Shown piece by piece: positions 28,925 to 39,952 of a stretch of 64,000 bases of DNA (position 1 is the first letter of the stretch; each line of letters opens with the position of its first letter). The notes below the pieces were generated by a model. It saw only the letters and a list, made by a program, of their open reading frames with translations. It had not been told where the DNA came from and made no database searches. The position numbers and the translations under genes were made by a program. Source of the stretch: Candidatus Cloacimonadota bacterium (lineage in GTDB: Bacteria; Cloacimonadota; Cloacimonadia; Cloacimonadales; WRIO01); NCBI GenBank assembly GCA_029564175.1, contig JAKQQL010000437.1, positions 1 to 64,000 on the forward strand, written 5' to 3'.

Positions 28925-29812
28925 TCAAGCCGGATTTAAAAATTCATGGGCAATTCCATACATTAAGCCATGATCACTGACCTTTATCTGCTCGACTTTA
29001 AATAAGATCATGATTTTTAAAATAATCATCAACCCAGTTCCGATAATCTCAGCTCTTTGAGGTTCAAAAGGCATTTTGTCACTGATTTCTTCAAAACTCA
29101 TGGTTTTAAAACAATCAATAAATGATACAATATCTTGAAGAGTTAAAACAGACTGATGCACTTTTTCACTTGAATATTCTTTTAAACCCTGCTTTACGGC
29201 ACTAATATTGGCAACGGTTCCTCCAATACCAACCAATGGACATTTTTTAAAAAATAAGGGAGGTATTTGAGCTAACAGAGAATCCGTTTCTGTCTCCATC
29301 CACTTAAAATCACCCTGATATTTGTTATTCAATCTTCTGATTCCTAAATCCAGACTAAACAAATCTTTAACCTGATGATTTTCTATCAATGAAAATTCTG
29401 TACTGCCTCCTCCAATATCGAAGGTGACAAATAATTCGTCTTGAAACTCGTCAGCATTGGCTAATCCATTGTAAAAAGCTTCTTCTTCTGAAGACAAAAT
29501 CCGGTATATCAGAGAATGTTTCTCTTCTAAATAATTTTTGATAAGAGAAATATTCAAAGCATCCCTTGAACAGGAAGTGCCAGCTATTATGATATTGTTA
29601 CTAAATGACTTACATACTGGCATATAAGAATCAATGATAGCATAAAAACGTTTTAGGGCATCTTCAGATAAATATCTGTTTTTCATATCTTTACCCAAAG
29701 CACTCACTTCTGAAAACCTTTGTCTGGTAAGCACTTTACCTTCAAATATATCAGCCAGTAGTATCTGAACATTATTAGTTCCCACATCAAATACGACTAC
29801 TTTATTCTGCAA
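28925..29812 (-). CDS. Ppx/GppA family phosphatase (exopolyphosphatase-like)
   Basis: FDVGTNN, SEEEA, FDIGGGSTE, GIGGT, GLMYG; TTG start. Confidence 0.88.
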   Translation of the reverse strand: MQNKVVVFDVGTNNVQILLADIFEGKVLTRQRFSEVSALGKDMKNRYLSEDALKRFYAIIDSYMPVCKSFSNNIIIAGTSCSRDALNISLIKNYLEEKHSLIYRILSSEEEAFYNGLANADEFQDELFVTFDIGGGSTEFSLIENHQVKDLFSLDLGIRRLNNKYQGDFKWMETETDSLLAQIPPLFFKKCPLVGIGGTVANISAVKQGLKEYSSEKVHQSVLTLQDIVSFIDCFKTMSFEEISDKMPFEPQRAEIIGTGLMIILKIMILFKVEQIKVSDHGLMYGIAHEFLNPA

Positions 29813-29834
29813 AAATCACTCCATAAATGAAAAT

Positions 29835-29862
29835 ACCGGAGATATAGCAATATATCTCCGGT
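29835..29862 (-). terminator. Hairpin after gcvPB
   Basis: ACCGGAGATATA-GCAA-TATATCTCCGGT perfect 12-bp stem. Confidence 0.7.
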
Positions 29863-29877
29863 TATTATTATAAGGTT

Positions 29878-31359
29878 TTACCATTTAAATCTGACATTCA
29901 GGTCTTTTACAGCCTTCACATCATCAACTCGTTTGACAGGTGTATTCATAGGTGCATTAATGACTAATTCAGGATGATGGATACACTCTTCATTGATTTC
30001 GATCATAGCAGAAATAAATTCATCAAGAGTCTGCTTGCTTTCTGTCTCTGTCGGTTCAATCATCATTGCTTCATGAACAATCAGAGGGAAATATATCGTT
30101 GGTGCATGATAGCCTTTATCTAAGAGGCGTTTTGCAATATCAAGGGTCTTGATTTCGCATTTACCTTTATCTTTAAGTTCGATCACACATTTTTCTTTTT
30201 GCCAGTCACCGCTTGCTACAAATTCATGCATACAATAGGTATGATTATGAGGTACTAAGAAAGTATTTTCAAGTTTTTTCATAATGTAGTTTGCGTTGAT
30301 AATCGCATTTTCAGCAACGGCTCTGAGTCCTTCACCACTAAGGGTTTTGATATAAATCCAGGCACGAACATTCACAGCAAAATTGCCATAGAAAGAATGT
30401 ACCTTACCAATAGAGGTTTCTTTGTGAGAACTGTCTAAAATGAAATGATCTTCAACTTTACTGATCATTGGATAGGGAAGGAATTTCACCAAATCTTCTC
30501 TTACGCCAACAGCGCCTGAACCTGGTCCGCCACCACCATGAGGGGTTGAGAAGGTCTTGTGCAGATTGAAATGCATGACATCAAAACCAATATTTCCAGG
30601 GCGAACAATTCCCAATAAAGCATTGAGGTTCGCACCATCCATATACATTAAACCATCAACAGAATGGATTACTTCTGCAATCTGCTCGATTTGAGTTTCA
30701 AACAAACCTAAAGTATTTGGGTTAGTCAGCATAAAGCCGGCAGTATTTTCATTCACAGCCGCTTTTAAAGCTTCCAGATCAACCATTCCTTTATCATCTG
30801 ATTTGATTTCAACCACTTTCATTCCGGCAAGTGCAACAGATGCTGGATTGGTTCCATGTGCAGAATCAGGTAAAATGATTACATTTTTATGATGATTCCC
30901 CTTAGCTTCATGATAAGCTTTCATCACTTTCAGACCGGTAAATTCACCATGTGCACCAGCAACAGGTTGTAAAGTAACATTCTTCATACCGGAGATTTCT
31001 GCCAGATCATTTTGCAAATCATACATAATCTCTAAAGCACCCTGAACAGTATGTTCTGGCTGGTAAGGATGTAAATCCATCAGGCAGTTATTTCTGACAA
31101 AAGCTTCGTGAGATTTTGGGTTATACTTCATCGTACATGAACCAAGCGGATAGAACCCTTTTTCAATAAAGTGATTTCTATGGCTGAGTTCTATAAAATG
31201 TCTCATGACATCCATTTCGCTAACTTCAGGTAATTTTACCTGTTCTTTTCTTCTGTATTTCTCAGGGATACAATCATTTATATTGACATTCACATCATTT
31301 TTAGGTAATACAGCACCTTTTCGGCCTGTTCTTGATTTTTCAAAAATTGTTTCAGCCAT
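29878..31359 (-). CDS. gcvPB: Glycine dehydrogenase subunit 2
   Basis: YPLGSCTMKYNP, SAHGTNPAS, HFNLHKTFSTPHGGGGPG, MIEPTETES. Confidence 0.96.
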   Translation of the reverse strand: MAETIFEKSRTGRKGAVLPKNDVNVNINDCIPEKYRRKEQVKLPEVSEMDVMRHFIELSHRNHFIEKGFYPLGSCTMKYNPKSHEAFVRNNCLMDLHPYQPEHTVQGALEIMYDLQNDLAEISGMKNVTLQPVAGAHGEFTGLKVMKAYHEAKGNHHKNVIILPDSAHGTNPASVALAGMKVVEIKSDDKGMVDLEALKAAVNENTAGFMLTNPNTLGLFETQIEQIAEVIHSVDGLMYMDGANLNALLGIVRPGNIGFDVMHFNLHKTFSTPHGGGGPGSGAVGVREDLVKFLPYPMISKVEDHFILDSSHKETSIGKVHSFYGNFAVNVRAWIYIKTLSGEGLRAVAENAIINANYIMKKLENTFLVPHNHTYCMHEFVASGDWQKEKCVIELKDKGKCEIKTLDIAKRLLDKGYHAPTIYFPLIVHEAMMIEPTETESKQTLDEFISAMIEINEECIHHPELVINAPMNTPVKRVDDVKAVKDLNVRFKW

Positions 31360-32692
31360 TGTTGACCTCCATTAATGCATTTACAAAGGCATCTAAATCT
31401 GCTTTTGATTTTTTCTCGGTTACAGCGATTAAGAGCATATTATCTTCACCTATTTCAGATAGATCAACACCGGCAAGAATATTTTTTTCTAGCAGTCTGG
31501 CTTTTATTTCAGTAGCTGCTTTAGGTGTTTTAATCGTAAATTCTTTAAAGAATGGATGATTAAATGCTAATTCAAAACCATCCAGTTTAGCAATCTCATT
31601 TGCCAGATAATGAGCTTTAGTTGCACATTGACTTGCCACTTCAATCAGACCATTTTTACCTAACATACTCATATAAACTGTCGCAGCTAAGGTACATAAA
31701 GCCTGGTTTGAGCAAATATTAGAGGTTGCTTTATCACGGCGAATATGCTGTTCGCGTGCCTGTAATGTTAAAGCATAAGCTCTTTTTCCATCAGTATCAA
31801 CCGTTTCACCAACGATTCTGCCTGGCATCATACGGTTTAAATCCATCTTTGTTGCCAGGAAACCAAATAATGGACCACCATAATATTGTTTGTTACCAAG
31901 CGCTTGTCCTTCGCCAACAACGATATCTGTATGATATTCAGCAGGCGCATTCATTACTGCAAGTGATATTGGATCAACAACTGCAATAAATAATGCTTTT
32001 GTTTCATGAATCACAGTGTCCATTTCAAACATATCTTCAAAGTTACCAAAATAGTTTGGTGTCTGAACAACTACACAAGCTGTTTTGTCATCCATTGCAT
32101 TTTTAACATCAGCAGGATTAATCACACCATTCACAGCAGGAATATAGACTAATTCAATGCCTACCCCTTCTGTATAGACTTTAATGACTTCTTTAAAACG
32201 AGGATTGATGGTTCCTGCGATAATTGCTTTATATTTTCTGGTTTTTCTGGCAGCCATCAAAATCGCTTCAGCAGCTGCACTTGCACCATCATACATACCA
32301 GCATTGGAAATATCCATTCCGGTCAGATCACAAATCATTGACTGATATTCATAAATTGCCTGTAAGGTACCCTGGCTAACTTCAGCCTGATAAGGAGTAT
32401 AAGCAGTTAAGAATTCTGCTCTGGAAATGATATAATCCACAGCAGCAGGGATAAAGTGATCATACACACCTGCACCCATAAATGAATTCGCTTTGTTCGT
32501 ACATAAGTTTTTACTTGTAATTTCAAAAAGTCGTTTCGCAATTTCAAGTTCAGACATTGCTGGTTCTAAACCCAGAAATTCTTTTAAACGAAATTTTTCG
32601 GGTATATTGGCAATGAGTTCATCAAATGAACTTACGCCAATCTCTTTTAGCATTACTTCCCGTTCTTTGTCAGTGTTGGAAATATAAGGCAT
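31352..32692 (-). CDS. gcvPA: Glycine dehydrogenase subunit 1
   Basis: TAYTPYQAEVSQGTLQAIYEYQ, REQHIRRDKATSNICSNQAL. Confidence 0.96.
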   Translation of the reverse strand: MPYISNTDKEREVMLKEIGVSSFDELIANIPEKFRLKEFLGLEPAMSELEIAKRLFEITSKNLCTNKANSFMGAGVYDHFIPAAVDYIISRAEFLTAYTPYQAEVSQGTLQAIYEYQSMICDLTGMDISNAGMYDGASAAAEAILMAARKTRKYKAIIAGTINPRFKEVIKVYTEGVGIELVYIPAVNGVINPADVKNAMDDKTACVVVQTPNYFGNFEDMFEMDTVIHETKALFIAVVDPISLAVMNAPAEYHTDIVVGEGQALGNKQYYGGPLFGFLATKMDLNRMMPGRIVGETVDTDGKRAYALTLQAREQHIRRDKATSNICSNQALCTLAATVYMSMLGKNGLIEVASQCATKAHYLANEIAKLDGFELAFNHPFFKEFTIKTPKAATEIKARLLEKNILAGVDLSEIGEDNMLLIAVTEKKSKADLDAFVNALMEVNNG

Positions 32693-32703
32693 AAATTCTC
32701 CTT

Positions 32704-33777
32704 TTATATTTTTTCTTCGATTGTTACTTTTTCTTTTAAGGTTTCTTCTTCAAGCACAGCCATCTCATTCAGTGCCATATTGATCAGTTTAACTCTTTCA
32801 TTATAAGGGATAAAGGCACTCTTAAATCCGTTGATAATCAGGTTTTTAATATCCAGATAATCCAGTTTTAAGAGATTGATTGCCAGCATATACTCATCAG
32901 TCATGGTGGTATCAGATATCAAACGATTGTCTGTGTTTAAAGTAACTCTCAGACCATAATCCAGATAGAAATCTATCGGATGGGCTTCTATACTGGCAAC
33001 AGCTTTGGTATGAAAATTACTCTTCAGACAGATTTCCAGAGGGATTCTGTGATCGTTGACATAGTTTAAAAGATCTCCATCTTCAAGCAATCTGGTTCCA
33101 TGACCAATACGATGAGTTCCACAATAGTGAATCGCCTGAGAAATGCTTTCAGGTCCATACGCCTCTCCGGCATGAATCGTAATGTTTAGATTATTTCTTA
33201 ATGCTAAATCAAACGCTTCTTTATGTTCTTTTGCTGGATGATTGTATTCAGAGCCTGCCAAATCAAAGGCTATGACACCCTTATTTTTGTATGCAATAGC
33301 AAGTTCAGCTAATTTTAATGAAGTAGATGGATTCATATTTCGAATACCGCAGATAATCACTCCGGTCTTGATATTAAGTTTCTTTTCTGCATCTTTCAGT
33401 CCGGCAATCACCGCATCTGATATCTGAGTAAGCTTTAAGCCTTTATTTGTATGTAAAATGGGTGAATATCTAACTTCCATATAACGGATATTCTCTGCAG
33501 CACAATCTTCTGCAAGCTCATAGGCAGTTCTATAAAGTGAATCTTCTGTCTGAAGCACTGAAAGTGTAATACCAAAACCTTGAAGATATTGATCTAAACT
33601 GGTACAGGAATCTGCACAAGAAACAATTTTCTTTAATTCTTCCTGTGTTTTGGCTGGAAGTTCTACTTTCTGCTGTTTAGCTAAATCAAAAATAGTGGAC
33701 ATTCTGAGTGAGCCATCGAGATGAACATGCAAATCTGTCTTGGGTAGTTTATGAATAAAGTCCTTTTTAAGTTTCAT
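32704..33777 (-). CDS. add: Adenosine deaminase
   Basis: LPKTDLHVHLDGS, TIHAGE, RIGHG, LNTDNR. Confidence 0.9.
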   Translation of the reverse strand: MKLKKDFIHKLPKTDLHVHLDGSLRMSTIFDLAKQQKVELPAKTQEELKKIVSCADSCTSLDQYLQGFGITLSVLQTEDSLYRTAYELAEDCAAENIRYMEVRYSPILHTNKGLKLTQISDAVIAGLKDAEKKLNIKTGVIICGIRNMNPSTSLKLAELAIAYKNKGVIAFDLAGSEYNHPAKEHKEAFDLALRNNLNITIHAGEAYGPESISQAIHYCGTHRIGHGTRLLEDGDLLNYVNDHRIPLEICLKSNFHTKAVASIEAHPIDFYLDYGLRVTLNTDNRLISDTTMTDEYMLAINLLKLDYLDIKNLIINGFKSAFIPYNERVKLINMALNEMAVLEEETLKEKVTIEEKI

Positions 33778-33780
33778 TTT

Positions 33781-34368
33781 CTATTCTCCTTCCTTATCCT
33801 GTGTGTTTACTTTATTATTCCAGTTATTATAATGAATTATCTTCTCTTTTGCCAATCTTTTCTTTGAAGAGGCAAAAAAGGAGACCGCTTTCGCATAGAG
33901 ATTCTTCTTTTCTTTTGGATAACCAAATGGGCTTAACCCTACAATTTTTATATGAGTAGGGATATCAAGCAGGTCTTTTAGTGCTTTTTCATTAAATGCG
34001 CCTAACCAGCAAGACCCGATTCCATAATGCCATGCAGCCATCATCATCTGTTGAAAAGACAAAGCGGTATCAATTAAATATAAGGGTTGTTCGTTTAAAA
34101 CGATAGACTTTTTGGGATCTGCACAGGCAACAATAACAACAGGCGCATCCTTGATAAAGAAGTTTACAGATCCGATCAAGCTATGAAAAGCAATTTTTTT
34201 GATGAGATCCTGATCTGTAATCACAACAAATTGCCAGCACTGGCTATTTTGAGCAGATGGAGCCAAACGACCTGCTTCCAGAATGATATCCAGTATCTCT
34301 TCTGAAATCGGGTCACTTTTATAACTTCTTACACTATATCGATCATGGATATATTCCAGAATTTCCAT
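33781..34368 (-). CDS. Nitroreductase family protein
   Basis: RYSVRSY, LAPSAQNSQCWQF, GIGSCWLG. Confidence 0.9.
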   Translation of the reverse strand: MEILEYIHDRYSVRSYKSDPISEEILDIILEAGRLAPSAQNSQCWQFVVITDQDLIKKIAFHSLIGSVNFFIKDAPVVIVACADPKKSIVLNEQPLYLIDTALSFQQMMMAAWHYGIGSCWLGAFNEKALKDLLDIPTHIKIVGLSPFGYPKEKKNLYAKAVSFFASSKKRLAKEKIIHYNNWNNKVNTQDKEGE

Positions 34369-34618
34369 CCTGCCTCCTAAAATTCAATATCTAAAAAGGG
34401 TACTTTTAGTCAATAAGATTTTTTAATGATACAATATTTTTTATGTTTTCATTTAAGAATGAAATGATCTAACTTTAAAACTAATAAATGTATCAAAATC
34501 AAAGCTTGATTCATCAAAAAGGATTTTTGTTAAAATCTAGTAATCATTTTTAATAAGTTTCTTATCAAAATCAAAAAAAAGAATTGACAATTTATCACAT
34601 TTGAGTAACGTTATAATT

Positions 34619-37600
34619 ATGGAAAAAAAAGATAAATATCCAACTCAAAGAAAAAAAGAAAATAATACTCAGGGTAATCAGCAGATTAATGATATAATAA
34701 GCTTGAGCTCAGGTGATTTAATTAATGGTCAGTACGAGATTGTTGAAGAAATACATCGTGGAGAATTAAGTAAAATTTATCTGGCAGAGGATTTAAATAC
34801 ATCAAGATTTAAGGCTTTAAAAGTTTTTGGGAAATATCACGATATTCAAATGTATTATGATCATTTACGAATGAACATCACCTTGTTAAGCAAGTTAAAT
34901 CATCCCAATATATTGAAAATACATAATTTTATAGACTCAGACTATATTTTTATGGATATGGATTACATTGATGGAGAAACTTTAAGTCAGCAGATTTATG
35001 AAAAAAAAATAGATAAATCTCAACTACTTCCATATGCAATTCAAATTGCCAATGCCCTAAATGAAGCACATAAAAATAATGTTTTTCATACAGACTTGAA
35101 ACCTGGCAATATTATGATTAACAGACAGGGTATTGTTAAAGTGATTGATTTTTCTCACAACCTTTTCTTTGGCGGAGTTCAACAATCAGCTTTGTTCACT
35201 CCTGAATATATTGCGCCAGAAGTTGCAGGAGTAATAAATTCTGATGATAATCAAGATTTCGATCCTGTTCAACAGGATATTTTTGCATATGGCGTAACAC
35301 TTTATGAAATGATTTATAAAAAACTACCCTTTAATTTATTGGAAACAAGGCAATTAGATTATCAGATTCCAGCAAGATTAAGAAAAAGTAAAAAACCAAT
35401 TGATAAGGTCATAAAAAAATGTATTTTCAGATATCCAGAAGACAGATATCAGACGTTTGAAGATATTCTGGCAGATTTAACCAAGTTAAAAAACTTTAAA
35501 ACATTTTCATTTAAAGAATTTAAAAAAGCATTATTAAAGAAAACAAAATTTAAAAAAATCAATCCAGAATACAAGAAAGATTTAAAATATCTTTGGATGG
35601 CGTTACTGTCATTGTTTCTTGTACTTCCTTTTTACCTGATTGTACAAAATAATATCAATATCCCCGATAAAGAAATAGAAATTGACTCACCACCACTCAG
35701 TGTTTTTGTCAATATGAACTATGCCGGTGAAAGTCCGATAAATGTTCAACTTTCTAAGGATGATCATCTTGAGTTTAAAGACGATCAACAAAACAGTATT
35801 TTTGAGACTCACTATCAAAATCAAAAAAAAATACATCTTGAGATAAAAAACAAGAAAATCTATCTCAATAATAAACTAAAAGGCCAGATTATTGAAAATT
35901 ATGATGATTTACCTTTAAAAAAAAATCTTGAATACATCAGATCAGAAATACGATTAACAAAAAGAGATTTTAAGAAACAAAAAAACAAAAGACTCGTCAT
36001 AAATCTTTCTAGTAATTTTGATAAGCAGGATATTAGCGAACTTCCACTAAACACTCGTTTTATCAATTTAAGTAAAAATAAACGGTTAAAAAGCCTGCAT
36101 CAATTAAATCAGATGACAAATCTGGTAGGTCTAAATCTTTCTGAAACGAATATAGATATGAATGAGCTTAAACAATTTAAAAATTTAAGACATTTAAATG
36201 TCAGCAAATCACGTCTTAATCGTATTTCCCCTCTTCTTATGAACAGTAAACTTAAAAATCTTGATATCTCAGAAACCCACTTAAAAAGTATTAATGCAAT
36301 TGATAATCTGAAAAATCTGGAGAACATTTCTCTTTCTGTTGATTCTTTAAAAAGCATAAATCCTCTATTAAAGATTGCTGGCTTAAAATCTGTGAGTACA
36401 AACTCCAATTACATCAATCCTACTGTTAATTCTGAAGTTGTCGAAAAGTTAAACCAAAATAAGTCAATCGAACTGGCAAGAAAAAGATATGTCATTAAAA
36501 AGAAAAATCATTTTAATCTGATTATTTTCTTTCTTGTTACTCTTATCATGGCGAGTATTATTTTTTTAATTTTTAAGATGATTTTTATACGCAGTAAGCA
36601 TGGAATTGCAACTTTAATCTCTGAAAAAGAAGAAACTTTACCTGAACAGAATATTGAAACTAGTAAAAAATATAGTAAAAGAGAAATTGATTTTATTAAA
36701 AAAGCTATAGAGGATAAACGATTTTATTCGCCTGCTAAAGAAAATGCGCTTTTTTATATTTCTGCTCTTTTACATACTAATCCTAATGATGCAGAGTTAA
36801 TATCACTTAAAAACCAAGTTCTTGATACTTTAAAAACAAAGAAAGACTTACATCATAGCAGATTAGAATATGAAGCTGTTTATCAGATTACGAATGCCTG
36901 TAATCAATACTTCCCTGATCCTTCTTATTCAAAGCAACTTAAAGCCATTCAAAAAAAATTGATAAAAAACTACTCTGTAAAAATGATTCAAATACATGGA
37001 GGAGAATTTACCATGGGTGACTTTACTATTCAATATTCAGACAATGGAAATCCTGCTCATCAAATATTTCTAGACTCATTTAAAATGAGCCAGACTGTCA
37101 TCACTAATCGGCAATTTTGTGAATTTCTTAACGCTGAAGGTAATCAAAAAGAATATGGTATTTACTGGTATAAAGAAGATAGCCAATATGCACGGATTGA
37201 AAAAGTTAAAGGTAAATTTGTTTGTAAAGAGCCCTATGCTGATTTTCCAGTTTTTGATGTTAACTGGTTTGGAGCTAAAAGATTCTGTGAGTGGAAGGGA
37301 GGACGTTTACCAAGCGAAGCTGAGTGGGAATATGCGGCCAGATCAAGAGGTAAAGAGCTCATATATGCCTTTGGAAATACGCCTGATAAAAGTAAAGCCA
37401 ATTACCTGGTTGATATGAATGATACGCTCTGGCATTCAGTATTTCCGGTAAAAAGTTTCAAACCCAATAAACTAAAATTGTTTGAAATGAGCGGTAATAT
37501 ACTTGAATGGTGTAATGATTGGTTTGATAAATATTACTATGATTTCTCACCCAATATCAATCCTAAAGGACCTGAAACAGGAGAGATGAAAGTAGTTCGC

Positions 37601-37726
37601 GGAGGAGCCTGGTGTTTTGGTTCAGATCAAATGAAAACTTTCTATAGAGGTAGTGCAAAACCCTTGACTCGGAATAATTTCATAGGTTTTAGAATGCTTA
37701 TTCCTGAGAGAAAGGACATAAAATGA
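34619..37726 (+). CDS. Ser/Thr kinase - TM - LRR - TM - FGE/SUMF1-type domain fusion
   Basis: ALKV, HTDLKPGN, YIAPE; hydrophobic segments near aa 330 and 640; LxxLxLSxN/T repeats; FTMGD, RLPSEAEWEYAAR, MSGNILEWC, RGGAW, GFRM. ATG 34619; ORF track starts at 34601. Confidence 0.85.
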   Translation: MEKKDKYPTQRKKENNTQGNQQINDIISLSSGDLINGQYEIVEEIHRGELSKIYLAEDLNTSRFKALKVFGKYHDIQMYYDHLRMNITLLSKLNHPNILKIHNFIDSDYIFMDMDYIDGETLSQQIYEKKIDKSQLLPYAIQIANALNEAHKNNVFHTDLKPGNIMINRQGIVKVIDFSHNLFFGGVQQSALFTPEYIAPEVAGVINSDDNQDFDPVQQDIFAYGVTLYEMIYKKLPFNLLETRQLDYQIPARLRKSKKPIDKVIKKCIFRYPEDRYQTFEDILADLTKLKNFKTFSFKEFKKALLKKTKFKKINPEYKKDLKYLWMALLSLFLVLPFYLIVQNNINIPDKEIEIDSPPLSVFVNMNYAGESPINVQLSKDDHLEFKDDQQNSIFETHYQNQKKIHLEIKNKKIYLNNKLKGQIIENYDDLPLKKNLEYIRSEIRLTKRDFKKQKNKRLVINLSSNFDKQDISELPLNTRFINLSKNKRLKSLHQLNQMTNLVGLNLSETNIDMNELKQFKNLRHLNVSKSRLNRISPLLMNSKLKNLDISETHLKSINAIDNLKNLENISLSVDSLKSINPLLKIAGLKSVSTNSNYINPTVNSEVVEKLNQNKSIELARKRYVIKKKNHFNLIIFFLVTLIMASIIFLIFKMIFIRSKHGIATLISEKEETLPEQNIETSKKYSKREIDFIKKAIEDKRFYSPAKENALFYISALLHTNPNDAELISLKNQVLDTLKTKKDLHHSRLEYEAVYQITNACNQYFPDPSYSKQLKAIQKKLIKNYSVKMIQIHGGEFTMGDFTIQYSDNGNPAHQIFLDSFKMSQTVITNRQFCEFLNAEGNQKEYGIYWYKEDSQYARIEKVKGKFVCKEPYADFPVFDVNWFGAKRFCEWKGGRLPSEAEWEYAARSRGKELIYAFGNTPDKSKANYLVDMNDTLWHSVFPVKSFKPNKLKLFEMSGNILEWCNDWFDKYYYDFSPNINPKGPETGEMKVVRGGAWCFGSDQMKTFYRGSAKPLTRNNFIGFRMLIPERKDIK

Positions 37727-38349
37727 AAAAAAAATGGCTTTTCATACTCTACTTATTTATCTTTTTCTACCTGTCTGCAGATTATAAAAATGAATTATAT
37801 CAGACAGCTTATAAAGAGATTTCTAATAGTATAAATGAAAAAGTAGGCAGTTCAGGAGTATTTATTTATGGTGATTTTATGGGAAATGATGGCCAAAATT
37901 TTTCAAAATTTCTATTTTCTGAACTAACCCGTGAAAATCAGTATCATTTCATCAACAGGGAAAATTTAAAGAAAATATTTTATGAACAAATTTCACTTAA
38001 CGACCCAATCTATGAAGGTCAGACAAATCAGATAAAGTTTAAAAAGCCACAATGGATTATAGAAGGAGAATGTAATTACACAGAGAAAATTGTATGGTGG
38101 AAGAAAAAAAGCTATCTACAGATTGATTTTTCCTTATCCAATATTCAAAATGGTACTAATGATATTATATTTCACAAAATGTATACGAAATTTTGGGAAT
38201 TACCCATTATCTATTCCGTTTTATTTGTAATATTGATTATCGTCTTTTGTCGCTTTTTGGTTCAAAAGTTCAAAGGATACTACAATTTTCTAATTTATTT
38301 TTTGGGACTTATAATACTTGTAATTTATTTTATTTGGTTGCATTTGTAA
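37723..38349 (+). CDS. Hypothetical envelope protein coupled to the kinase
   Basis: Signal peptide, INRENLKKIFYEQ (CsgG/LpoB-like pattern), two C-terminal TMs; ATGA overlap. Confidence 0.65.
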   Translation: MKKKWLFILYLFIFFYLSADYKNELYQTAYKEISNSINEKVGSSGVFIYGDFMGNDGQNFSKFLFSELTRENQYHFINRENLKKIFYEQISLNDPIYEGQTNQIKFKKPQWIIEGECNYTEKIVWWKKKSYLQIDFSLSNIQNGTNDIIFHKMYTKFWELPIIYSVLFVILIIVFCRFLVQKFKGYYNFLIYFLGLIILVIYFIWLHL

Positions 38350-38413
38350 AATTATCATTTTTTTATTTGACAGCATCGAAAATCTAAATACTTAGTCATT
38401 ATGGGAGAAAAAA

Positions 38414-39952
38414 ATGCGTACTAAGATTTTACAGTTACTTGAAGGAAAAAATAGAATATGGGATTTTGAGATATGGATGTCACAAACACAGACGTTTATT
38501 TGTGACGAAATCTCTGCTCAACTTATAAATCCTGATTTTTTAAATAATTTTTCCCGAAAGCAGTACTTAGATGAAATATTAGATTATTTAAAATCTGACA
38601 AATTTTTTAATAAAGAGTTAAGACACCAAATTTTAATTGCAAGTATTTTTTTTCAAACAAAAGAATATCACTTATCTGATGAATATTTAAACAAAATAAT
38701 CCCAGTACTTAATCCTCAAAATTACGAGGAAAACAGAATTGCATCCTATATTTTCTATTGCATGGCAAGAATCAGCTTAGAAAAAGCTGACTTCAGATCT
38801 TCAAATGAATATTTTATCAAAAGCTATCAATCAATACTCGATCATGGTTCTCCTAATGAAAAGATATTTATTTTGATAAATTGGATTATACTTTTTATTG
38901 AAAGTAGTTATATTACATTGGCTGATAAACTGTTAACTCATCTAAGCAGTCATTTTATTCCAAAGCAAGATGATAATTTTGCAAAACTACTCTTTTTACA
39001 GTTCTTTTGCCAAAAAAAACTGAACAACCTTGATGGTTCAATTAATTGGGTTAATATGCTGTTATCAATGCCCGCTTTGCATCTGGATGAAGATGACTGG
39101 TATTCTGTTCATATTTTCGCTGGAGAATTCTACGCCACATTAAAAAGAAATTTTGAAAAATCTATTTATCACTTTACATTTGCCAATTCCTTTCTATCTT
39201 TAAAATGGAAACATTTTATTAATCATATCACACTACTAAAAGATTACTTAAAAATCACTGATTATCTCAATATACGAATTGCTTATGAAGATAAAATGCA
39301 TGAAATTATCCTGGAAAACAATCTGCATAGTTCTCATTATCTTAATTCTCTGAAATCAGCTTATGAAGAATTAGAAACAGTGTATACCAAGGTACAGGAA
39401 ATGTCAATGACAGATAGTTTAACCGGACTAAGAAACAGACGATTTTTATGGATAAAAGCACCTGAGTTTATATTTCTAGCGTCTTCACAAAAAGTCTGTA
39501 TCAGCTGTATTATGATTGATATTGACGATTTTAAACATATCAACGATACAAATGGTCATCAAACTGGCGATGAAGTCCTAAAACAATTATGTCATATTAT
39601 CAAAGAATTTTTCAGAAAAACAGATATGGTTATTCGCTTTGGTGGTGAAGAAATCATAGCTTTATTACTCAACTCAAGCCTTGAAAACACTGAACGTATA
39701 TGTGAACAACTCAGAATGAATATCAATAATTTTATTTTTTCATCTAAAAATAAAACAATCAAATTAAGTGTATCAGTTGGAATAAGCCACCGAAAAGTAG
39801 TAAAAAATCAAGTGAAACTTATTGAAGAAATCATTGAAGAATCTGATCTGGCAATGTATTTTTCTAAATCAAATGGAAAAAATCAAGTCAATACATATAG
39901 CAAAATAAAAAATATAAAGCGAGGAAACGATGGCTCAGGTACTCATAAATAA
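38414..39952 (+). CDS. Diguanylate cyclase with helical-repeat N-terminus
   Basis: [35 protein letters not shown]-site, RFGGEEI. Confidence 0.9.
   Translation: MRTKILQLLEGKNRIWDFEIWMSQTQTFICDEISAQLINPDFLNNFSRKQYLDEILDYLKSDKFFNKELRHQILIASIFFQTKEYHLSDEYLNKIIPVLNPQNYEENRIASYIFYCMARISLEKADFRSSNEYFIKSYQSILDHGSPNEKIFILINWIILFIESSYITLADKLLTHLSSHFIPKQDDNFAKLLFLQFFCQKKLNNLDGSINWVNMLLSMPALHLDEDDWYSVHIFAGEFYATLKRNFEKSIYHFTFANSFLSLKWKHFINHITLLKDYLKITDYLNIRIAYEDKMHEIILENNLHSSHYLNSLKSAYEELETVYTKVQEMSMTDSLTGLRNRRFLWIKAPEFIFLASSQKVCISCIMIDIDDFKHINDTNGHQTGDEVLKQLCHIIKEFFRKTDMVIRFGGEEIIALLLNSSLENTERICEQLRMNINNFIFSSKNKTIKLSVSVGISHRKVVKNQVKLIEEIIEESDLAMYFSKSNGKNQVNTYSKIKNIKRGNDGSGTHK

Noticed and set aside
37590..37726. 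DGR variable region at the end of the FGE domain
   Set aside because: No second adenine-variant copy (template repeat) and no reverse transcriptase seen in the window; a remote DGR cannot be excluded.
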